This document shows, piece after piece, positions 1-8,442 of a stretch of DNA of 64,000 nucleotides. The first letter of the stretch is position 1. Every line of letters starts with the position of its first letter. The position numbers and the translations under genes are program-made. The notes under the pieces were generated by a model that ran no database searches, was not told the DNA's origin, and saw nothing but the letters and a program-made list of their open reading frames with translations. The stretch spans positions 21,528-85,527 of the forward strand of contig CBDDRX010000093.1 of the NCBI GenBank assembly GCA_965233165.1, written 5' to 3'. The DNA comes from an uncultured bacterium. GTDB lineage: Bacteria; Pseudomonadota; Gammaproteobacteria; Burkholderiales; SG8-39.

Positions 1-102
1 GTTCGCGTGAGCGCCGCCCGGTTTTTTGCCGCGCTGAACGGCATCGTGCGCGACTGGCGGCGAACGCTGGTCGCCGCCGGGCCGCGAGGGCGCCTGACGT
101 AG
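1..102 (+). CDS. 3' end of an unidentified upstream gene (partial at window edge)
   Basis: Frame 1 is open from the window edge to TAG 100-102. Nearly every codon ends in G/C, as in the real genes here. Only 33 codons, so no product call is possible. Confidence 0.3.
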   Translation, partial: VRVSAARFFAALNGIVRDWRRTLVAAGPRGRLT

Positions 103-105
103 ACA

Positions 106-111
106 TAGAAT
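106..111 (+). promoter_or_regulatory. -10-like hexamer TAGAAT upstream of the first SDR gene
   Basis: TAGAAT at 106-111 in a short AT-richer gap, followed by SD GGAGGG (126-131) and ATG 135. No convincing -35. Confidence 0.3.
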
Positions 112-134
112 AGCCCTTCCTTCGCGGAGGGCCG

Positions 135-1025
135 ATGTTCAAGGACGGGATTCTCAAGGGCAAGCGCATCCTCATCACGGGCGGCGGGACGGGCCTGGGC
201 AAGGAGATCGCCGCCCGCTACCTGCAGCTCGGCGCGGACCTGTGGCTCGCGGGACGGCGCGGTCCGGTTCTCGATGAGGCAGCCAAGGGATTGATGAAAG
301 CCTTTGGGGGAAGCGTAAAGACCCATTCGGTCGACATCCGCGACGCGCAGGCGGTCGACGCGATGGTGCAGCGGATCTGGGACGAGGGCGGCCCGCTCGA
401 CGGCCTGGTCAACAACGCCGCCGGCAACTTCATCAGCCCGACCAAGGACCTCACGCCGAACGGCTTCAACGCGATCGCCAACATCGTCTTCCACGGCACG
501 TTCTACGTGACGCAGGCGGTGGGCAAGCGCTGGATCGCCGGCGGCCACAAGGGCTCGGTGGTCTCGATCCTCGTCACCTGGGTGCACACCGGCTCGCCCT
601 ACGTGGTGCCCTCGGCGATGTCGAAGGCCGGGCTGCACGTGATGACGAAATCCCTCGCGGTGGAATGGGGCCGCTTCGGCATCCGCCTGAACGCGATCGC
701 CCCCGGGCCGTTCCCGACCGAGGGGGCCTCGAAGCGCCTGCGCCCCGGCTCCGCCGGCCCGGGGTTCGAGGACACCACGCAGATGAACCCGATGCGCCGC
801 GTCGGGAAGATGGCGGAGCTGCAGAACCTCGCCACGTTCCTGATGGCCGACGGCTGCGAGTGGCTGACCGGCGAGACCATCGCCCTCGACGGCGCGGGCT
901 ACCTCGCCACCGGCTCCGGCGGCTACTTCCTGCAGCTCGACAAGATGAGCGACACCGACTGGGACCAGGCGCGCGCGCAGATCAAGGCGCAGAACGACAA
1001 GGACCGCGTCGGCAGGACGGCGTAG
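135..1025 (+). CDS. SDR-family oxidoreductase, 2,4-dienoyl-CoA reductase-like
   Basis: 296-aa ORF with N-terminal Rossmann motif ITGGGTGLG. The active-site region SAMSKAG is of the DECR-like type (no Tyr). SD GGAGGG precedes the ATG; strong G/C third-position bias. Confidence 0.9.
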   Translation: MFKDGILKGKRILITGGGTGLGKEIAARYLQLGADLWLAGRRGPVLDEAAKGLMKAFGGSVKTHSVDIRDAQAVDAMVQRIWDEGGPLDGLVNNAAGNFISPTKDLTPNGFNAIANIVFHGTFYVTQAVGKRWIAGGHKGSVVSILVTWVHTGSPYVVPSAMSKAGLHVMTKSLAVEWGRFGIRLNAIAPGPFPTEGASKRLRPGSAGPGFEDTTQMNPMRRVGKMAELQNLATFLMADGCEWLTGETIALDGAGYLATGSGGYFLQLDKMSDTDWDQARAQIKAQNDKDRVGRTA

Positions 1026-1038
1026 ATGCGGGCGTGAC

Positions 1039-2670
1039 ATGACACAAGCACCGCGTCCCGCAGCGACGATCGTCCTGCTGCGCCAGGGACCGCAGGGTCC
1101 CGAGGTCCTGATGCTGAAGCGCACGCAGGCCGCCGCGTTCCTCGGCGGCGCGTATGTGTTTCCCGGCGGCTCGCTCGACGCCGCGGACGCCGATCCGGCG
1201 GTGCTCGCGCGGGTGACCGGGCGCACCGAGGACGACGCCAACGCGAAGATGAAGGTGAAGGGCGAGCCGGCGCTGCCCTACTACGTCGCCGCCGTCCGCG
1301 AATGCTTCGAGGAGGCGGGTGTGGTGCTCGCGACCACTTCACAGGGCGGCCACCTCCGGCCGGACCGCGCTGCCCAGCTGATGCGCTTCCGCGACGCGCC
1401 GTTCAATGCCTTCCTCGCCGCCGAAGATCTCTACGTGCCCGCAGGCGAGCTCGCCTACTTCGGCCACTGGATTACCGCGCCCGGCCGCTCGCGGCGCTTC
1501 AACACACGCTTCTTCGTCGCGCTGGCGCCGGAGGGGCAGGAAGGCGCGCACGACCAGAGCGAGACCGTGCACAGCATGTGGGTGCGCCCGCAGGACGCGC
1601 TCGATCGCGCGGAGACAGGCGAGATCGAGCTCGTCACCGCCACCCAGACGACGCTGCGCGAGCTGGCGGGCTTCCAGGAGGCGCGCGCGGCTTTCGAGCA
1701 TGCTGCGTCCGTCACGGACATCGACGAGAATCGCGCCTGCTGGGCGCAGGGCAGCCAGGGGACAAAGCTCTTCCGCCGTGCCGATCCGCAATACTTCGAG
1801 ATCCACTGGACCGATCCGGAGGAGACCGGCACCTCCTCGTACGAGATCGTGCCCGGCGTACCGAAGCGCCTCGATCGCCTGGTGACGCGCCTCACCGCGC
1901 CGAACCCGGGGGCGATGACCGGTCCCGGCACGAACACGTATCTCGTCGGCGACGCGGAGCTGTCGGTCATCGATCCGGGCCCGGACCTGGATTCGCACAT
2001 CCGCGCGATCCTTGAAGCTGGCGCCGGCAGGATCCGCCGCATCCTGTGCACGCACACGCATCTGGACCATTCGCCCGCGGCGGCCGCGATAAGGGCCGCG
2101 ACGGGCGCGAAGGTCTACGGGCGACCTGCGCCCGCGGGGCAGGACGACAGCTTCAACCCCGACGTCGTCCTCGAGCACGGGCAGCGCATCGCCGGCTTTC
2201 GCGCCATCCATACGCCGGGGCACGCCTCCAATCATCTTTGCTACCTGCTCGAAGAGACGCGGATGCTCTTCACCGGCGACCACGTGATGCAGGGCTCGAC
2301 GGTGGTGATCAACCCGCCGGACGGCGACATGCGCGCCTACCTCGCCTCTCTCGAGATGCTGCTCGCGGAGGACCTCGCCGTCATCGCGCCCGGGCACGGC
2401 TTCCTCATCGGCATGCCGCACCGCGAGCTGCGGCGGCTCATCGCGCACCGCCTCTCGCGCGAGGCGAAGGTGCGCCGCGCGCTCGCGCAGCACGGCCCCG
2501 CCTCGCTCGAGGCGCTCGTGCCGCTCGTCTACGACGACGTCTCCTCGCGCATGCACCGCTGGGCGGCGCGCTCGCTCTCGGCGCACCTCGGCAAATTGCT
2601 CGCGGAAGGCGCGGTCGCGGAAGGGCCGGACGGCTTCGCGCTGGTAGAATCCCCTCGCGTCGCGCCATAA
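1039..2670 (+). CDS. Nudix-like / metallo-beta-lactamase-fold fusion hydrolase
   Basis: 543-aa ORF. The N-terminal half has a Nudix-type box (VRECFEEAGV). The C-terminal half has the MBL motif HTHLDH plus later His/Asp ligands. ATG lies 13 nt after the SDR stop. Confidence 0.85.
   Translation: MTQAPRPAATIVLLRQGPQGPEVLMLKRTQAAAFLGGAYVFPGGSLDAADADPAVLARVTGRTEDDANAKMKVKGEPALPYYVAAVRECFEEAGVVLATTSQGGHLRPDRAAQLMRFRDAPFNAFLAAEDLYVPAGELAYFGHWITAPGRSRRFNTRFFVALAPEGQEGAHDQSETVHSMWVRPQDALDRAETGEIELVTATQTTLRELAGFQEARAAFEHAASVTDIDENRACWAQGSQGTKLFRRADPQYFEIHWTDPEETGTSSYEIVPGVPKRLDRLVTRLTAPNPGAMTGPGTNTYLVGDAELSVIDPGPDLDSHIRAILEAGAGRIRRILCTHTHLDHSPAAAAIRAATGAKVYGRPAPAGQDDSFNPDVVLEHGQRIAGFRAIHTPGHASNHLCYLLEETRMLFTGDHVMQGSTVVINPPDGDMRAYLASLEMLLAEDLAVIAPGHGFLIGMPHRELRRLIAHRLSREAKVRRALAQHGPASLEALVPLVYDDVSSRMHRWAARSLSAHLGKLLAEGAVAEGPDGFALVESPRVAP
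2645..2650 (+). promoter_or_regulatory. candidate internal promoter (-10-like TAGAAT) inside the 3' end of the Nudix/MBL gene
   Basis: TAGAAT at 2645-2650, about 20 nt before SD AGGAGG (2672-2677) of the 83-aa ORF. No clear -35. Confidence 0.3.
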
Positions 2671-2681
2671 CAGGAGGCCGC

Positions 2682-2933
2682 ATGTCCCACGAGAAGACTC
2701 TGAAGCTGGTGACGAACCTCGACCGCGCGGCCATCGAGGCGCGGATCGCGGACGTGCGAAAAGGCGCTCCCGCCGAGCTCGCCGGCCTGCTCGCCGGCGC
2801 CGAAGGCCAGCCGCGGGCCGCGATGGAGCAGAAGATCAAGGCGGCCCTGAAGTGGACCATGGGGAAGCCCGAGCACAAGAGCCTGATGGCGCAGCTCGAG
2901 ATGATCGAGCTCAACCTGCCGAACCTGAAGTAG
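2682..2933 (+). CDS. small hypothetical protein (83 aa)
   Basis: Hidden in the track inside the over-extended 2046..2933 ORF. ATG 2682 is preceded by the strong SD AGGAGG. G/C at 27 of 27 third positions over its last 27 codons. No family recognised. Confidence 0.6.
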   Translation: MSHEKTLKLVTNLDRAAIEARIADVRKGAPAELAGLLAGAEGQPRAAMEQKIKAALKWTMGKPEHKSLMAQLEMIELNLPNLK

Positions 2934-2935
2934 CC

Positions 2936-4303
2936 CTGGGCTTCGACTACGACCTCTTCACGATAGGCGGCGGCTCCGGGGGCGTGCGCGCGAGCCGCGT
3001 GAGCGCGGGCTACGGCGCGAAGGTCGCGGTCGCCGAGTCCGGCCGCTTCGGCGGCACCTGCGTCAACGTCGGCTGCATCCCCAAGAAGCTCTTCTCCTAC
3101 GCCGCGCACTTCCGCGAGGACTTCGAGATCGCCAGGGGCTTCGGCTGGAAATTCGGGACGAACGAGGCAGAGCCGCGCTTCGATTGGCCCACGCTCCTCG
3201 CCAACAAGGACCGCGAGATCCTGCGCCTGAACGGCGTCTACGAGCGCGTCCTCGCCCTCGCGGGCGTCGACATCTTCCGCAGCCGCGCCACGGTGCGCGG
3301 CCCGCATGAGGTCGAGGTCGGGGGAAAGCGCGTCACGGCCAGGCACATCCTCGTCGCCACCGGCTCCTGGCCGGTGATCCCGCCGATCCCGGGCGGCGAG
3401 CACGCAATCACCTCGAACGAGGCGTTCTCCCTCGCGCAGCTGCCGGCGCGCGCGCTGGTGGTGGGCGGCGGCTACATCGCCCTCGAGTTCGCGTCGATCT
3501 TCCAGGGCCTGGGCGTGAAGACCACGCTCTCCTACCGCGGCAAGCGCCTGCTGCGCGGCTTCGACGCGGAGATCGGCCAGCGCATCGGCGAGGAAATGCA
3601 GGCGAAGGGCCTGACGCTGCACTTCGGCGCCGAGCCGGCGGTCATCGTCAAGCGCGCCGATGGCGCCCTCGAGGTCGGCTACAGCGACGGGACGAAGCAG
3701 GAGACCGATCTCGTCCTGTTCGCGACCGGCCGCAAGCCCAATTCCGCGAACCTCGGGCTCGAGGAGTCCGGCGTGAAGCTCGCCGCGGACGGCGCGATCG
3801 TGGTCGACCGCTACTCCAACACCACGGTCGACTCGATCCACGCGATCGGCGACGTGACCAACCGCATCAATCTCACGCCGGTGGCGACCGCGGAGGCGAT
3901 GTGGCTCGCGCGGACGCTCTTTCGCGGCGATCCCGTGCAGGTCGACCACGAGAACGTGCCGACCGCGGTCTTCTCCAGCCCGAACATCGCCACCATCGGG
4001 CTCTCGGAGGAAAAGGCGCGCGAGCGCTTCGGCGCCGTCGATGTCTACAAGACGTCGTTCCGCGCCCTCAAGCTCACGCTTTCCGACAAGCACGAGCGCA
4101 CGTTCATGAAGCTGGTCGTCGACGCGGGCAGCCAGCGCGTCGTCGGCGCGCACATGATCGGGCCCGACGCCGGCGAGGTCATCCAGGGCGTGGCGATCGC
4201 CGTGAAGCTCGGCGCCACCAAGGCGCAGTTCGACCAGACGATCGGCATCCACCCGACCGCCGCAGAGGAGTTCGTCACGCTGCGCGAAAAGACGAGCGCC
4301 TGA
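2936..4303 (+). CDS. gor: glutathione-disulfide reductase
   Basis: Contains the FAD motif GGGSGG, the redox-active GGTCVNVGCIPKK and a C-terminal HPTAAEEFVT. The track starts it at ATG 2852. Over 2852-2935 this frame has only 8/28 G/C third positions and overlaps the 83-aa ORF. The coding signal begins at CTG 2936, which gives MGFDYDLFTIGGGSGG, a canonical Gor N-terminus. The start is therefore uncertain (2936 CTG vs 2852 ATG). Confidence 0.9.
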   Translation: MGFDYDLFTIGGGSGGVRASRVSAGYGAKVAVAESGRFGGTCVNVGCIPKKLFSYAAHFREDFEIARGFGWKFGTNEAEPRFDWPTLLANKDREILRLNGVYERVLALAGVDIFRSRATVRGPHEVEVGGKRVTARHILVATGSWPVIPPIPGGEHAITSNEAFSLAQLPARALVVGGGYIALEFASIFQGLGVKTTLSYRGKRLLRGFDAEIGQRIGEEMQAKGLTLHFGAEPAVIVKRADGALEVGYSDGTKQETDLVLFATGRKPNSANLGLEESGVKLAADGAIVVDRYSNTTVDSIHAIGDVTNRINLTPVATAEAMWLARTLFRGDPVQVDHENVPTAVFSSPNIATIGLSEEKARERFGAVDVYKTSFRALKLTLSDKHERTFMKLVVDAGSQRVVGAHMIGPDAGEVIQGVAIAVKLGATKAQFDQTIGIHPTAAEEFVTLREKTSA

Positions 4304-4304
4304 C

Positions 4305-4694
4305 ATGGCCGCGCGCGTGGTGCGGCTCGGCACGGCGCGCCTGCGCGGCGAGGGGCTGCGCCTGGGCACCGTGCGGCGCCTGCCGCGCGGGGTGCGCAAG
4401 GCCGACTACGCGAGGCGCGACTTCTTCGACCTCTGGCTGCCGGAGCTCGCGCCGAGCGCGAAGCTCTTCTCCTACGCGGTGAAGGAGGCGCTGACTTCGC
4501 AGCGCTGGCGGCGCTTCGCCGCCGCCTACCGGCGCGAGATGGCGCGGCCCGGGCCGCAGCGCCTGCTCGCCGTGCTCGCGGCGCTCTCGCAGCAGGCCGA
4601 CTTCTCGGTGGGCTGCTACTGCGAGGACGAAAGCCGCTGCCACCGCTCGCTCCTGCGCCGCCTCCTCGTCGAGGCGGGCGCCCGCGTCAGGTAG
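4305..4694 (+). CDS. DUF488 family protein
   Basis: 129 aa with DUF488-like features (DLWLPELAPS, and C-terminal CYCE...CHR). ATG lies 1 nt after the gor stop. Confidence 0.8.
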   Translation: MAARVVRLGTARLRGEGLRLGTVRRLPRGVRKADYARRDFFDLWLPELAPSAKLFSYAVKEALTSQRWRRFAAAYRREMARPGPQRLLAVLAALSQQADFSVGCYCEDESRCHRSLLRRLLVEAGARVR

Positions 4695-4699
4695 CTGCG

Positions 4700-5434
4700 T
4701 CAGATCGAAGCGGCGGCGCGCCAGAGCAGCGACGCGCCCGAGACCACGAGCAGCAGGGCCACGGCGCGCAGCAGCATCTCGCGCGGCATCCGGTTGAATA
4801 CCTTGCCGGCAACGTACAGGCCCGCAAGCACCGCCGGGATGACGAAGGCGGCCGCCATCCAGACTTCCTTGTCGAGCAGCAGCCCGGTCAGCAGGAACGC
4901 CGCGACGCGCAGGCCGATGCTCGTCATCGTGGCGAAGCCCATCGTGGCGCGGAACTGCTCCTTGGTGAGGCCGCGCATCGAGAGGTAGATCGCATAGGGC
5001 GGGCCGCCGGCGCCGAAGAGCGTGCTCGTCAGGCCGCCGCCGAGCCCGGCCAGCCACGCCCAGCGCGCGGACACCTTGTGCGGCACGCCTTTCCTGGCCA
5101 GGGTATACGCCGCGTAGGAGAGGATGAAGGCGCCGAGCATCGCCATCCCGGCCGCGCGCGGCAGGTTGACGAGCACCGTCACCCCCAGGGCCGTGCCCAC
5201 GACGATCATCGGCACCAGGCGCGTCCATTCGGCCCGCACCGCGTTCGCCGGCTTCTCCAGCCCGACGCGCAGCGCGCTGAGAAGGTCGGCGATCGCGAAG
5301 AGCGCGAGCGCGAACTTGAGCGGAACCACATGGGTGGCGAGCGGGATCGTGACCAGCGCCGAGCCGAAGCCGGTGATGCCGAAGATCAGCGCGCCGAGGA
5401 AGCCGATCGCAGCGAGGGTGAGGTTGTCGGTCAT
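4700..5434 (-). CDS. TauE/SafE family sulfite-exporter-like membrane protein
   Basis: Track ORF 4700..5665 trimmed to ATG 5434 (MTDNLTLAAIGFLGALIFGITGFG...). Multi-TM, glycine-rich and TauE-like. ATGA overlap with the upstream gene. Confidence 0.85.
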   Translation of the reverse strand: MTDNLTLAAIGFLGALIFGITGFGSALVTIPLATHVVPLKFALALFAIADLLSALRVGLEKPANAVRAEWTRLVPMIVVGTALGVTVLVNLPRAAGMAMLGAFILSYAAYTLARKGVPHKVSARWAWLAGLGGGLTSTLFGAGGPPYAIYLSMRGLTKEQFRATMGFATMTSIGLRVAAFLLTGLLLDKEVWMAAAFVIPAVLAGLYVAGKVFNRMPREMLLRAVALLLVVSGASLLWRAAASI

Positions 5435-6183
5435 GCGAGCACCAAGTGCTCGCGCGTGGCCGGGTTCATGCCGCGCAGGCGCGACACGTACTTCCGGAAC
5501 GGCAGGCCGTAGCGCGCCTCCAGGGCTGCCGCCCTGTCGCGCAGGGCATTCCAGGACACCTCGCGCGGCATGCCCTTCAGCGCGAACACGATCAGGTTCG
5601 GGTCGTAGAGCGCCTTCATGGCGAGCACGGCGCCGCCGAAGGCGCGCTCGAGGCGCTGCAGGCACTGGTCGAGCTTCGGGTCGTCGTCCATGAAGTTGAC
5701 CACCATAGCGCCGCGCTCCTCGAGCGACAGCCAGGCCGCATCATAGAACTCCTGGCTCGCCAGCTCCTGCACGTGGCGCTCGTCGTCGAAGGCGTCCAGC
5801 ACCAGGACATCGCAGCACTCCGGCGCGAGCGCCTCCCGGCCGTCGCCCACCTCGACGCGCAGGCGCGCATCGTCGCCCGGAAGCGCGAACTGCGCGCGCG
5901 CCGCCGCCACCACGCGCGCATCCAGCTCGACCGCACGGACCTGCGTCCTCTTCAGGTTGCGGTGGAAGAACTTCGCGAGCGAGCCGCCGCCCAGCCCGAT
6001 CATCAGCGCGCGGCGGGGCTCGGGGTGGAAGAGCAGGAACGCCATCATGCAGCGCGTGTAGTCGAGCGCGAGGGCGAACGGGTCGCCGAGCTTCATCGCG
6101 CTCTGGATCGCCTCGCCGCCGACGTGCAGGCTGCGCACGCCGCGCGCGTCGCTAACCGCGATGACCGAGCGCTTGTTCTTCAC
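5431..6183 (-). CDS. spermidine synthase-like methyltransferase-fold protein
   Basis: 250 aa with GTG start. SAM-fold motif LMIGLGGGSL followed by VELD. Its 5' end overlaps the upstream MFS gene by 32 nt. Confidence 0.8.
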   Translation of the reverse strand: MKNKRSVIAVSDARGVRSLHVGGEAIQSAMKLGDPFALALDYTRCMMAFLLFHPEPRRALMIGLGGGSLAKFFHRNLKRTQVRAVELDARVVAAARAQFALPGDDARLRVEVGDGREALAPECCDVLVLDAFDDERHVQELASQEFYDAAWLSLEERGAMVVNFMDDDPKLDQCLQRLERAFGGAVLAMKALYDPNLIVFALKGMPREVSWNALRDRAAALEARYGLPFRKYVSRLRGMNPATREHLVLA

Positions 6184-7330
6184 GCTTCAGCAGCGGCAGC
6201 GTGCACGCCGCCGCAAGGAAGGACAGCGCCGCGCTCGCGAGGATCGGCACGTCGTAGGCGCCGAACGCGTCATAGGCGGCGCCGGCGAGCCAGGGGCCGA
6301 GCAGCGTGCCGAGGCCCGCGCCCGTATAGAGGCAGCCGATGATCCCCGAGACCGCGCGCCCGCCGTAGAAATCCATGACGATCGTCGGCAGCAGCGCCAC
6401 CGCGGCGCCGTAGCACATGCCGAACGCGATCGCGAAGGCCGCGAGCAGCCAGTACGACTGCGCGCCCCACCAGACGAGCAGCATCACGCCGAGGCCCGCG
6501 TAGGCCGCGACGAGGGACGCCTTGCGGCCGAGCCGGTCGGCGAACGGCCCGATGGTGAAGCGGCCCAGCAGGCTGCCCAGGCCGATCAGGCTGACCAGCG
6601 CCACGCCCTGCGCCTCCGTGTAGCCGAGGTCCTGCGCCTGCGGGCCGAGGTGCACCATGGGAATGAACACGCCCACGCAGCTTGCGAAAAGCGAGGCGTA
6701 CAGGAGCGCGAACTGCGGCGTGCGCAGCGCGACCCGCAGCGGCGTCCCGGGCAGGTTCTCGCCCTTCTTCAGCACCGACTTCTCGCGGATCAGGAGCGCG
6801 GCCGCGCCGCCCAGGACAAGGACGAAGAGCGCGAGCGCGAGGTACGCGCCGCGCCAGCCGAAGAGGCCGATCCACCACGCCGCGAGCAGCGGCACGACGA
6901 AGTTCCCCGCGCCGATGCCCGCCACGCCGATCCCGGAGGCTAGCGCGCGGTTGCGCTCGAACCACGGCTGCATCGCGCCGACGGAGGGGACGTAGACGAG
7001 CCCGATGCCGATGCCTATGCCGATGCCGTAGGTGGCGTAGAGCACCTCCACCGAGCCGGCGAAGCTTGCGAGCGCGAGCGCCCCGACGATGAACGCGACG
7101 CCTGCGAGCGTGACGCGGCGCGGCCCGAAGCGGTCCGCCAGCATCCCGCCCGGCGCGCCGAACGAGAACCACACGAAGGCGGCGACCGAGAACACCAGCG
7201 CGACATGCGCCCGCGAGGCGCCGAACTCCTGCTGGAAGCCGGTGAAGAACGCGGTGAAGGAGTACGCCGCGCCGAAGCCGGTGAAAAGCAGGGTGAAGGT
7301 GCACGCCACCACCACCCAGCCGTAGGACAT
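6152..7330 (-). CDS. MFS transporter
   Basis: Track ORF 6152..7672 trimmed to ATG 7330 (MSYGWVVVACTFTLLF...). 392 aa, about 12 TM helices, MFS loop motif GMLADRFGPRR. TGATG 1-nt overlap with the upstream gene. Confidence 0.85.
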   Translation of the reverse strand: MSYGWVVVACTFTLLFTGFGAAYSFTAFFTGFQQEFGASRAHVALVFSVAAFVWFSFGAPGGMLADRFGPRRVTLAGVAFIVGALALASFAGSVEVLYATYGIGIGIGIGLVYVPSVGAMQPWFERNRALASGIGVAGIGAGNFVVPLLAAWWIGLFGWRGAYLALALFVLVLGGAAALLIREKSVLKKGENLPGTPLRVALRTPQFALLYASLFASCVGVFIPMVHLGPQAQDLGYTEAQGVALVSLIGLGSLLGRFTIGPFADRLGRKASLVAAYAGLGVMLLVWWGAQSYWLLAAFAIAFGMCYGAAVALLPTIVMDFYGGRAVSGIIGCLYTGAGLGTLLGPWLAGAAYDAFGAYDVPILASAALSFLAAACTLPLLKREEQALGHRG

Positions 7331-8442
7331 CAGTAGTGCGCGCCCCGCGCGCTCACGGGCCAGAGCGCCTCGACCCTGCCCTTGCGCACGCAGACGTACC
7401 ACTCGTACAAGTTCACCGTGGGATCGCAGTGGCCCGGCACGAGGAGGATCTTCTCCCCCAGGGGCGGGACCGCGGCGCCCTCCACCCAGCCGTGCTCGTC
7501 CGAGGCGTGCGTGTACTCGAGGCCCGGGCGCTGCCAGACGGTGGGCAGCCCGGAATCGACGCTCGAGCCCTTGAGGCCGCAGTCGACGATGCCGACCTGC
7601 GGCGAAGGCCGGCTCATCACCGTGGTGAGGACGAAGAGGGCGTGCTCGAAGCGCGGCAGCGGCGGCAGCCACTCGTTGCGCGCGTAGTCGGCGTCCATGA
7701 AGATGTACGAGCCGGGCTGGATCTCGTCCCAGCTCCCGGACTCGACCTCGAACATGAAGGTGCCGCTACCGGCGCCCGTGACGAGCGGGCAATCGATCTG
7801 CTCGGCTTTCAGCAGCGATTTCATATGAATTATCTTTTCAGAAGCAGAAGCAATAACCTTCCTGCGCTCTTCCATGGTGCGCATGTGCTGCGCGCGGCCG
7901 TGGTAGGCGTGCAGGCCGGCGAAGCGCAGGTGCTTGTGCTCCAGGATCTCCTTCGCCAGCGCCACGGCGCCCTCGCCGGGCGGGATGCCGCAGCGCTTCA
8001 TGCCGACCTCGAGCTCGATATAGACGTCGAGCCGCGCGCCCGAGGCGGCGATGGCGCGCAGGTTGTCGAGGTCGTCGACGCAGACCCCGAGGTGCGCCCT
8101 CTTCGAGACGGCGGCGAGGCGGGCGATCTTCGCCGCGCCGACTACCTCGTTGCTCACCAGGATGTCCTTCACGCCGCCCTCGGCGAGCGCCTGCGCCTCG
8201 GACACCTTCTGGCAGCACACGCCGACCGCGCCCTCGGCGACCTGGCGCAGGGCGATGTCGGCGGACTTGTGCGTCTTGGCGTGCGGACGCACCCGGATGC
8301 GGGAGGGAATTTTCCTTCTCAACGCCTCCAGGTTCCTTTCGAAGCCATCCAGGTCGAGGACGAGCGCCGGCGTGTCGACCTCGTCGAGGCGCTGCCCGAC
8401 CCTAGCGGGCGGCGGGAGCATGCCGGGCGCTCGTGACTGCAT
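7330..8442 (-). CDS. DSD1-family PLP-dependent enzyme (D-serine dehydratase / D-threonine aldolase-like)
   Basis: 370 aa with an alanine-racemase-type N-terminal barrel, including the PLP-lysine context RPHAKTHK. ATG 8421 is an alternative start. Confidence 0.85.
   Translation of the reverse strand: MQSRAPGMLPPPARVGQRLDEVDTPALVLDLDGFERNLEALRRKIPSRIRVRPHAKTHKSADIALRQVAEGAVGVCCQKVSEAQALAEGGVKDILVSNEVVGAAKIARLAAVSKRAHLGVCVDDLDNLRAIAASGARLDVYIELEVGMKRCGIPPGEGAVALAKEILEHKHLRFAGLHAYHGRAQHMRTMEERRKVIASASEKIIHMKSLLKAEQIDCPLVTGAGSGTFMFEVESGSWDEIQPGSYIFMDADYARNEWLPPLPRFEHALFVLTTVMSRPSPQVGIVDCGLKGSSVDSGLPTVWQRPGLEYTHASDEHGWVEGAAVPPLGEKILLVPGHCDPTVNLYEWYVCVRKGRVEALWPVSARGAHY

Noticed and set aside
13-30. 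GC-rich segment followed by TTTTTT as an intrinsic terminator
   Set aside because: The potential stem would lie off the window edge. The T-tract also sits inside a reading frame that stays open to TAG 100-102.
7820-7829. Perfect palindromes in AT islands (TTCATATGAA here; also GAGATCTC and CTTAAG near 10142-10160) as regulatory sites
   Set aside because: Short palindromes are expected by chance in AT-rich 40-90-mers, and no common motif links the islands. Only the nested repeat at 40473-40503 seemed worth flagging.
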